In this document: piece after piece, positions 51,736 through 63,235 of the stretch
Layout: every line of letters starts with the position of its first letter
How positions within the stretch are numbered: position 1 is the stretch's first letter
Source of the DNA: Octopus bimaculoides
Lineage: Eukaryota
NCBI RefSeq assembly: GCF_001194135.2
Contig: NC_068988.1
Span: forward strand, 85,147,437 to 85,211,436
DNA: 64,000 nucleotides
Direction: 5' to 3'
Position numbers and translations under genes: made by a program
Notes under the pieces: generated by a model
Databases searched by the model: none
Told to the model about the DNA's origin: nothing
What the model saw: the letters and a program-made list of their open reading frames with translations, nothing else

Positions 51736-54700
51736 TGNNNNNNNNNNAATCTATCTGTTTATACAGAGACACACTCAAACACATATATGTATATGTGTAT
51801 TTGTGTGAGTGAGTGCATTTTTGTGTTCTCTGCCACTTGATAACCTATGTTGGTTTGTTTGCATTTCTGAAACTTAGTGGCTCAGCAAAAAGCTACCAGC
51901 AGAAAAAGTACCAGACTTAAAATAAGTACATGGATTGACTTATTCACTAAACCTTTCACAGTGGTACTCCAGCAAGGCCGCAGTCCAATGCTTGAAAGAA
52001 ATTATAGAATAAAAGAAGAAAAAAAAATGTAAATTGAGTAGAGGAAATCTGAATTTTTTTTTCTGGTTATTTTAAGTAGATTAAATATTTTGGTGTATAT
52101 TTATGTTTCCATAGACACAAATAAAAAGCCTGCGTGGAAATTCAAATTTAAAATATTCTCATGTCGCTGTAGCTTAACCCCAAATTTCAGTTCTCTAACA
52201 TGCGTGCTGCATTTTAAGTTTGAGTCATTCCTATATCTAACACAGTTTGACAAGGTGCAGCAGCATATTACTCATCAGGCTGTCATGTGAAGGGAGGTAA
52301 CTGAGTAAAGGTGATACCCATCTCTGGGATTGATTGACTGGTGTACAGTCATCTGAGTTGTTGTCTAGTCACAGGTTAATAAGGTAAATGGAAATAAAAG
52401 TGCATGCATAAATGGTCTGAAAAAGTATTCTTCACTTATGAGTTGGCACTCAGATATTTTAAACCTAAATAAGGAAATTCATTTGAGCTTATATTGGTTT
52501 CAAATTTTGGCAAAAGCCAACAATTTTGGGGAAGGTGCTAAGTTCATTAACTAAACCTCAGTGTTCAGCTGGTACTTTATCAACCCTGAAAAGATGAAAG
52601 GCAAAGTCAACATGGGTGGCAATTGAAACCAGAACGTAAAAATGGGCGAAATGCAGCTAAGCTGACAAGACTCTTTGAGTTGAGAGAGCACCCGGTGTTT
52701 GTAAATATGTAGTTGGACTGGTGTGCTGGTTGAGCTGTTAATGTACCCACCCAAGTGTGTGCATCTATTCACCTAAAGAATCTCCAGTTGGAGAATTTTT
52801 GGAATGTCTTACAAATCCAATCTAATAGATTGGATTTGGAGATTCCGTTCAGTTTCTTCTGCTATTTCTTTGTGAAATCAAGTATTTCTATGTTTTTGTG
52901 CAAATTTGTTGATTACATAACCTAATGATGAAAGGTACAATTGAGAATTTATAAACTGGGCACAAGCGCTGTAAATTCTGCATTAGTTCACCATAAATGT
53001 TCTCTTTTACTTGGACTTTTGATTCTACATTCACATCCATTGGGCAGTTGACTCCTGCAATAGTGAGTGACTTTCATTCCCTGTCCCACAGAACAATGTC
53101 AGGTCTGTTATGTTTACATCAACGTGCTATTTTTATTGGAATGTTCTACCAGTGCTCCTTGTTTTTAAAGGTGTAAATACCTGCTGGTTTTGTCTGTCTG
53201 TCTGTCAATACACACCTACATACAGAGACATATGTATGTATGTATGTATGCATGCATAGATGTATATATGCATGGATGCCAGTGTATAATTGTTTAATGC
53301 ACATTTGTTTCCATGCTAACAGGGTTTACATGCATATATTAATAAGGCACTGTCATACAGCCAGATGCCCTTAGTGGCACTAAACCTTATATGTTTTTCG
53401 AGTTAAAGGTCATCATTGCTGTCATCATCATCAGCAGCATTTAATGTCCACTTTTCGATGCTCTCATGGGTCATGTAGAATTTGCTGAGGCAGATTTCCT
53501 ATGGCTGGATGCCCTTCCTGTCACCAACCCTCACCTATTTCCAAGGCGATATTTCTCATGGCCAGGCATGTTCACACCCACATACACAGACATATTTATG
53601 GTACAAAAATTTTAAAAAAAACACAAAAATGACGAGAAAAAAACAAACAGGGTGTATCAAGTTGATGCTCAGGAAAATTGGAAGTTAATGTATGTGTGGA
53701 GGGGCTGGGGGTGGGGGTGCATGAACGACGAGTTTCCACACTGTTTCTCTCTATCATCTATCAAATCGACTCAGAAGGTTTTGGTCAGCCTGAGGCTATA
53801 ACAGAAGTCACTTACCCAAGGCACTGCATGGTGGAACTGAACCCAAGGCCACAGACACATATGGGTAGATAATGGAATACCTTGTTGCATTTTATTACAT
53901 CCCTTTATGTTATGAGTTCAAACCCTGATCATACCCACTTTACCTTTCATCCTCCTAGGGCAGGCCTGACCAACTCGAATTACATAGTGGGCCATTTTAA
54001 TCACAGAAACTTTTTTGAGGGCTGCTTGTATACTTTATGCATGAATAGTCAAATAATCAAATTACAGAATCAAGACTTTTTCATACTTTTCATTTGTTTA
54101 AAATTATAAAACTGTAGGCTATTGCTTTATGAACACTTATAAATTTTAAATTTATTTTGAAATAAATGCTTTACACAAACAATTTCATTTTGAAATTAAA
54201 AACAATACTTCAAGAAAGTATCAAGCAGGACGCAAGATAAAAGCGAGTCTCAGGTTGGCCAGCCCTTTTCTAGAGGAAGAATGGGATATTGATAAAATAA
54301 GTATTGGGGGGTCAATGCACTTAACAATACCCATGAAAGTAGTGTCCCAGTATGATAGCAGTTACATGGAGTAAAGGTATAATAGAATATATATATATAT
54401 ATATATTTCACTAAAACTCTGCAAAGTACTTAAGTGTTGATATTCCAAACTTACTGGCGTTCAAAAGTGGCAATTTCTTGGTTGTCTGACTTCAGTTGTT
54501 TCAGAAGCCGGTTCCGTTCTGTCTCGGGACTCTCTTTAGAATTCAGTTCCTCTGTCAGACTCTCTTTCTGCATCTCTAGCTCATCTTTCCGTTTGTACAA
54601 TTGCACTGAAATATAGAGGTCAATTTTGCCTTTAATTCTTTCAGGAAATAACAATAATGAAAATAATAGTAATTATACCCTCTGGTCTAGAAATACTTGG

Positions 54701-57657
54701 GTGATGTCAGGCAAAGTATGACCATGTTTCAAGGTTAGAAGGAGCTCTTTCGTGATGGTTGTTAGTCTTTATAGTGACAGTGTCTCTATAAAAATGCTAG
54801 TGGTGGTGCAACCTTAAATTTATTCATGTGTCATTTTTACAATAATGCAAAACTCCAATCTAACTGATATAAATATGGCCTGAATAGAATTGGAATTCAT
54901 TTCTTCCTTTAATTAAATTTGTCCCCTACCATCAAATTTGGTGGTTTTGTGCATGTGTGCATGCATGTGTGTGTGTGTGTGTGCATGCGTGTGCATACTA
55001 CAATTTCCAATGCATCCTTTATTAAGAAGGTGCAATGTGATCTGAGGATGTAGTGTGAATCACTTTAGTACCCACTGCTACTACGAAACTTGAAGACTAT
55101 ATCTAACCAAAAGAAAAATTCCAATACATACCAGCTTTTTGTCTTGCTGGAGACTTCATTAATTCCTATTGGAAAATTGAGAAAAAAATAATTGATATTT
55201 TGAAGATCAGATTAACAATAAATATAATCAAGAAAACAGAAACTTAACCTGCCCCCCCCCCCCCAAAAAAAAAATTACAGTTAGCTTCTCTTGCAATCAT
55301 AAATATCCAGAAGGCCAGTATTCAATATCAGTCATTGTAGCATTAATCAAACAAATGAGAAATTTGTTCCTGAATACAATGTCATACTTAATTAACAGTT
55401 TAATTCTCACCACAATGCTATGCTATTCGTTCAATCTTATAATTGCTGTTGCTACTACCTACAGTGTTAAGTTGTTCCTATTGCACTGTACATTCATAAA
55501 TAAATAGATGTGACCATTTGAAAGTTAAATGTCTTAGCTACAGACATAACATAGTCAGAGTCACAATATTATCTACTGACCTCTAAGCTTTTCCTCCAGT
55601 ATTCAACCCACATAGCCATAATAGCTATAATGTCTTCTAAATCCAAACATAAACATGCACACTCAGGAAAAAATAAAGATTGTGACTAACCTCCTGTAAA
55701 ATTTGGACCTTTGAATTTTGTTCATCAATGGCTTGTTGGTTTTTTTCCATAGCTTCAACAAAGTTCTCATTAATATCTTTCATTTTGGAATATTTCTTCT
55801 TCAATTCTGGTTCCTGTAGGGTTGAGACATCATATATAATAATAATCGTAAAGAACGGACAGTGGACGAGGAAGAAAGGTGAGAGATTTGCAAAGAAGAG
55901 GAGAAAACAAATGCACTACAACTCTTCAGAAAAAGTAACCAAAACTGAATGAACAGTACATAGAATATGCACAGGAAGGGAAAAGTGATTAAGTCTTCAA
56001 AAGAAACAAAAGCAGGGTGAAGGAAGGATGGAAGTTTTTAAGGGAGGTAGTATCCTGACAGCTAACAATGATGTGGGTAGTTTATTCCATGTTTCAGCAA
56101 TTTTGAGTGTGAAAAAATGTTACTTCAACTCACGGTTGCTGCGTTTTTTGATTTTGTTAGCATGTCCACGAGTGTTAGATATATGGCATTCAAAAAGGTT
56201 TTTTGAGTTTGTTGTTGGAAAGGTGGTGGATAATCTTGTGGGTGTCTACCAAGTCAGTTGCCAGGCAGAACTTTAATGCAGCCATGCTCAGGGAAGCAAG
56301 GCATTCAGGGTATGGTAGATGCCTGATTGTGGGTATTTGTCTGGTTGCACGTTTCTGAACAGTTTCCAGGAGACTGATATGCTGAGCAAGACAAGGATTC
56401 CAGACTGATGATGCAAACTCAAAGTGTGGGCGTACCATAACCATAAATACAGCTTTAAATAGATAGCTGGAGAGTGGCTGATAAAGATCTAAACTAAGTG
56501 ATGCTAAGACACCCTCAGCCTTCTTGACAATCTTAGAGATGTGGTTTGTCCAATGCAGATTGCTGCTGGATCCCCAAGTCATGTTCACTAACAGAATTCT
56601 TAAGATTGCTGTTGTTGAGGAAGTATGTAAAAGNNNNNNNNNNTGGTAGCACACTTGTCCACAGCCAGCTTGAGTTGTCAGTTGGTAATCCATTGCTGCA
56701 TTGTGTCCAGGTCTGATTGCAGGAAAGATCTATAGCATATAGGATCTGTTCTTTTTATCTTAAGGTACAGCTTCATGTCATCTGCATATTTCAACACTGT
56801 AACATACTTTCAGTTGGCATCTATGTCATCAATATATGCAACAAACAACAGGGGTCCAAGAATAGATCCTGTGGTACACCAGATGTCATCTCATAGGTTG
56901 AAGAATGATGTCCTAGAACTATGATTACCTCTTTTCAACTGAAAATAAAGGACTTCAACCAGTTATAGAGACCATCTTTCACACTCATTGCAGAGAGTTT
57001 TGCCCTGAGTTGTTTGAGTGGCACAGAATTGAAGGCTTCAGCAAAGTCAAGATAGATTATATCCAGCCAGGAGCTTCCACCAGTGATTCAGGTGATGTCC
57101 TCAAGAAACTTAATGAGTTGGCTACAGCAGCTGGAGTTAGGGATCTATGTTTAGCAACTGGTTTAAGTTAGAATGTAGATATTTTCTCTGATGGTTTGTC
57201 TTAGGAGTTCTTTTGAAGTGAAATACCAAGAAGAACTAAAAGTTGATTCCTACCATATCATTAATCAAACTTTCTGCAAGTTCTTTTTCATCAGAAAGTT
57301 CCTTCTCGAGTTTAGAAATTTGCTTTTCTTTCCTACATAAAAAACAAAGAAATGAGAATTTAGTTAAGTTTTTACAGACTGTATATTGTATAGGGTTAGT
57401 GATATATATATTTTTATTTTTTATATATAGGATGATGAAAGCCCAAGATGTGAGGAGGATGAAGAGGAGCAATCTTAGAAGTTGGGAAATGTAGTCAATT
57501 ACATTGACCCCAGTGCTTGACTGGTACTTATCTTATCATTGAAAGGATTAAAGGCTAAGCTGACCATGGCAGAATTTGGACTCAAAATATAAAGAGCTGG
57601 AACAAATGCTGATAAGTATTTTATCCAACATGCTCATGTTCCTGCCAGCTCACCACC

Positions 57658-57711
<54 letters not shown>

Positions 57712-58603
57712 TTAATAATAATGAGGAATATATTCACAGAAGGAATACATTCACAGAAGGAATACATTCACAGACACGACAGAGCTGGGACCTGCATACA
57801 CTGGAAGCTATGCCAACACTATGGAATAACAACAGAAAAAACATGGTATAGGCACACACCAGAAAAGGTCATAGAAAACAAGAAAGCAACTATACTCTAG
57901 GATATGCCAATACACACAGATAGAGAAATTAAGGCCAATAGGCCAGATATAGTTGTCAGAGATCATGGAGAAAAAAAATGCTTTCTAATTGATTATCAAT
58001 ACCAACAGATGACAACGTTTCTCTAAAAGAAATGGAGAAACTTTCAAAATACAAAGACCTGGAAATAGAGGTAACTCGAATGTGGAATCTAAAAACAGAA
58101 ACAATTCCTATCATAGTAGGCACATTATGTATGATAAAAAAATATTCAGACAAATACATAACAAAAACACCAGGACTTACAAGTATATATAACACACAGA
58201 AAATTGCACTACAGGGCACTGCACACATCCTATGCAAAACACTTTCAATACAGTAACCATAAGAGTATCACAGCAAACCACAGCACATACCCAAGGCACA
58301 CAGAGCTGCGCTCGGTAGTAAAGTGAAAGCACTCTATAAAAATAAAACTACTGAACAATAATAATAATAATCCTTTCTACTATAGGCCTAAGGCCTGAAA
58401 GTTTTGGGAAGGGGACCAATCGATTATATCGACCCCAGTACGTAACTAGGATTTAATTTATCGACCCTGAAAAGATGAAAGGCAAAGTCAACCCCAGCAG
58501 CATTTGAACTCAGAATGTGAAGACAGACAAAATACTGCTAAGCATTTTGCCCAGCATGCTAATGATTCTGCCAGTTCACCACCTAATAATAATAATAATA
58601 ATA

Positions 58604-58635
<32 letters not shown>

Positions 58636-61600
58636 GTAAGACATGGTATGACCACAAATCATAGGGGGTGTGGAGACTTGCAACAACCTGTGGGATTTCT
58701 CAATTCAAATGGACCAGATGCACAACAAACTGAATTTAGTTGTGGTAGACAAAGTAAACCAAATGTTTTCTGTAATTGATGTTGCATTTAAATTTGACAC
58801 ACAAGGAAAGAAGGCAAAAAAGTAATCAAACTACAATCCTCTTAAATATAAAATAAACTGACTGTGGAAGATGAAAAAAATGAAGATAGAGCCAATTATT
58901 GTTGGAGGTCTTGGGTAGAGCATCAAAAGATATTGAGAGGAACATAAAGAAAATGGGAATAGAGTGCCCAGTAGAGCTACAGTAAAAATTTAACATCTTT
59001 GACACAGCCAGAATTATCAGGAAAGTACTAGGTAGTTGAAAAGAACAAAAAGCATGGTACCATAGGCTACAAGAAGAAAACCCGCTACTCATACAGGATT
59101 GCAACAAAACCAGTTCCAACAAAACCAGAGTTAAAAGAATAAATAATAATGAATCTCAAATTTTGGCACAAGGCCAGCAACTTTCGGAGAGTCAATTACA
59201 ATGACTCCAGTGCTTTTAACTCCAGTGCTCGACCGGTATTTATTTTATCAAGCCTGAAAGGATGGAAGGTAAAGATGACCTTGGTGGAATTTGAACTCAG
59301 AAAATAAAAGTGGACAAAATGCCACTTAACATTTTGCCTGGTGTGCTAACGATTCTGCCAGCTCACCAACTTAGGATAAATAATAATACTAGTTTCAAAT
59401 TTCAGCACAAAGCCAGCAATTTTCGGAGAGTCAATTACAACGACTCCAGTGCTTTTAACTAGTACTTATTTTATCGACCCTGAAAGGATGAAAAGCAAAG
59501 TTGACCTCAGCAGAATTTGAACCCACAAAGTAAAAACGGACAAAATTCCACTAAGCATTTTGCCTGGTATGCTAACAGTTCTGCCAGCTTGCCATCTTTG
59601 AATAAATAATAATAATAATAATAATAATGATAATAGTGTTTTGACTCCAAGGATTTCCATGATGATGAAATTTTCTCTGCACTGCAGCAAGTGATCATAT
59701 ACAGAGCAGAGGGATGGGTAGCCCCAATGACTATTCATTACAAGGAGAGGTTTCTATAAACGGTGGCGTGATGTTTGCACAGCAGCTGTGCACCATAGAC
59801 AATTTTCAAAGCAGTGAGATGGGACCACGTATGGAGTAGATGGCAAGGAGGTAGTACCAAGTCCTAAATATGTAATTACTTATATTTTACTTACTCTTTT
59901 GTGGCTTCAAACAGACGTTCGATGTCTTTGACTTCTTTTTCATTTTGTACTCTCAGCTGAAATGATAACAAACCACTAGATTGTAGAATGGCTGGTGGCA
60001 GTGGTGGTTTTTATAGTGGTGGTGGTGGTGGTGGTGATAGTAGTATTCATGATGTTGTGGGGGGCAATGGTAGAGGTGATGGTGGTCATTGCATTGGCAG
60101 TGGTGATAATGAGGTTTTGTTTTTTTTGTTTAATTTGTTTCTTTTTCACATTTGGTTCAGAGAGAAAGGGCAGTGTCAATGACCCCCCAAACCTCCACTG
60201 CCATCATCATCATCATCATCACTACCTCCAAGGCCAGTGAGCTCTTTCAGACTAATGTTTAATTTTAACTTCAAAAAGCTGATGGCATTAAAGGAAGTAT
60301 AGCCATAGAGGGAGCACTAGGAAATAGTTTTCTTTCTTAGTGAAATATTTACTTCAGGATTACAGCTCTGATGCAATATAGATGAAGGGTGAAGAAGCAG
60401 TGGGTATAACTAGGTGGGTGTAGTTTTAGGGGTTATTTCATGGGTTGTTGGGGACTGTTGTAGTAGTTGTAGAAAAGACATAAGGAGCATGCAAGATACA
60501 TCACCGGGATTATACATAGAGAGATAGTGATGCAAACAAACATATTTAGGGTCGATATATAAAATATACATATACACATGTAAATATATACAGGGATATA
60601 TATATATATATATATATATAGATGGAAACAAAAACTGAAAATATTCAGTGCCCCTGGACTGGCTTGTGCGGGTGGCACATAAAAGACACCATTTCGAGCG
60701 TGGCCGTTTTCGTGCGGGTGACACGCAAAAGCACCCACTACACTCTCTGAGTGGTTGGCGTTAGGAAGGGCATCCAGCTGTAGAAACTCTGCCAAATCAG
60801 ACTGGAGCCTGGTGTTGCCATCCGGTTTCACCAGTCCTCAGTCAAATCGTCCAACCCATGCTAGCATGGAAAGCGGACGTTAAACGATGATGATGATGAT
60901 GATGATTTAGATGAACATTCAGGTATAAGCATGTAGATGTTTATATTCTTTATTATTTTACTTGTTTCAGTCATTTGAGTGCAGCCATGCTGGAGCACCA
61001 CTTTGAAAGGTTTTAGTCAAACAAATTGACGCCAGGACTTATTTCTTAAGCCTAGCACTTATTCTATTGATATCTTCTGCTGAACTGCTAAGTCATGGGG
61101 ATGTAAATGCACCAACACCGGTTGCCAAGTGGTGATGGGAGAACAAATACAGACACAAAGATACACACACATGAATATATACATATATACGATGGGCGCA
61201 TGGCTCAGTGGTTAGAGCACCGAGCTTATGATCGTGAGGTTGTGAGTTTGAATCCCGGACTGGGCTGCGTGTTGTGTTCTTGAGCAAGACACTTTATTTC
61301 ACGTTGCTCCAGTTCACTCAGCTGTAGAAATGAGTTGCAACGTCACAGGTGCCAAGCTGTATCGGCCTTTGCCTTTCCTTTGGATAACACCAGTGGCGTG
61401 GAGAGGGGAGACCGGTATGCATGGGCGACTGCTGGTCCTCCATAAACAACCTTGCCTAGACTTGTGCCTGGGAGGGTAACTTTCTAGGTGCAATCTCATG
61501 GTCAGTCATGACCGAAGGGGGTCTCAGCACAATGGGCTCCTTTTAGTTTCTGCCTGCCAAATCTACTCACAAGATCTACTTACAGAGCATCTCACCCGTT

Positions 61601-63185
61601 GACTATGTGTGTGTGTGTGTATATATATAAATATAAAAGAATACAAAAAATGGGACAAGAACGCAACAGGTAACAACAAGACATCCAGACAGTTAGATGA
61701 TCCAAAAAGGGACAAGAAAAAACAAGGACAGGTCATTTGGATGTTTTCTTTTGTCAGTCAAGTCCCAGATTATCTTTGCATGAATATTTATATGTGTGTG
61801 TGTGAGTGAACGTATCAATCTATATATAAATATAAATATGTATATTATAAATATATATGTGTGTGTATATTGTAATATCCATATTGATTGAGTTATTTTA
61901 AGATTTGCCTGAAGGTTTACTCCACCAGCATATTCCCAGTATTGAGTCCTTTCCATCAGTAAATGTTCTGTCATTATTCATTAATAATGCCTTAAAATAA
62001 CAGCTACTATCAAATATTTTCACACACACACACACACATGTATATGAATATGAATATGTGTGTGTTATTTAACAAAGACTGTATATATTTCTATGAGTTA
62101 CTAATAGTTTCATATAATGAAAACAATTCTGAAAGCATTTTACAGCACGTCTGGTACCTTCATGCAATCCTCAGGCTCTGCCCACATGGTATAACAAGCC
62201 AAAACATGTTATTAAATAATATTTATTTCTTACCAGATGGAGTAATTTTTTTGTTGATCTTACCATCATGGAACAGTACACTATATATATATATATCTAT
62301 ATATATATANNNNNNNNNNNNNNNNNNNNNNNNNNNNNNNNNNNNNNNNNNNNNNNNNNNNNNNNNNNNNNNNNNNNNNNNNNNNNNNNNNNNNNNNNNN
62401 NNNNNNNNNNNNNNNNNNNNNNNNNNNNNNNNNNNNNNNNNNNNNNNNNNNNNNNNNNNNNNNNNNNNNNNNNNNNNNNNNNNNNNNNNNNNNNNNNNNN
62501 NNNNNNNNNNNNNNNNNNNNNNNNNNNNNNNNNNNNNNNNNNNNNNNNNNNNNNNNNNNNNNNNNNNNNNNNNNNNNNNNNNNNNNNNNNNNNNNNNNNN
62601 NNNNNNNNNNNNNNNNNNNNNNNNNNNNNNNNNNNNNNNNNNNNNNNNNNNNNNNNNNNNNNNNNNNNNNNNNNNNNNNNNNNNNNNNNNNNNNNNNNNN
62701 NNNNNNNNNNNNNNNNNNNNNNNNNNNNNNNNNNNNNNNNNNNNNNNNNNNNNNNNNNNNNNNNNNNNNNNNNNNNNNNNNNNNNNNNNNNNNNNNNNNN
62801 NNNNNNNNNNNNNNNNNNNNNNNNNNNNNNNNNNNNNNNNNNNNNNNNNNNNNNNNNNNNNNNNNNNNNNNNNNNNNNNNNNNNNNNNNNNNNNNNNNNN
62901 NNNNNNNNNNNNNNNNNNNNNNNNNNNNNNNNNNNNNNNNNNNNNNNNNNNNNNNNNNNNNNNNNNNNNNNNNNNNNNNNNNNNNNNNNNNNNNNNNNNN
63001 NNNNNNNNNNNNNNNNNNNNNNNNNNNNNNNNNNNNNNNNNNNNNNNNNNNNNNNNNNNNNNNNNNNNNNNNNNNNNNNNNNNNNNNNNNNNNNNNNNNN
63101 NNNNNNNNNNNNNNNNNNNNNNNNNNNNNNNNNNNNNNNNNNNNNNNNNNNNNNNNNNNNNNNNNNNNNNNNNNNNNNNNNNNNN

Positions 63186-63235
<50 letters not shown>

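Noticed and set aside
61195-61270. tRNA-like sequence (also 15243-15310 and other SINE heads)
   Set aside because: A/B boxes are present, but there is no complete acceptor-stem pairing and the sequence continues into SINE bodies
158-61809. Many short ORFs rich in CV/YI/HT/SL/poly-V/poly-I
   Set aside because: Translations of (TG)n, (TA)n, (CA)n, (CT)n and trinucleotide repeats, or antisense frames of TEs
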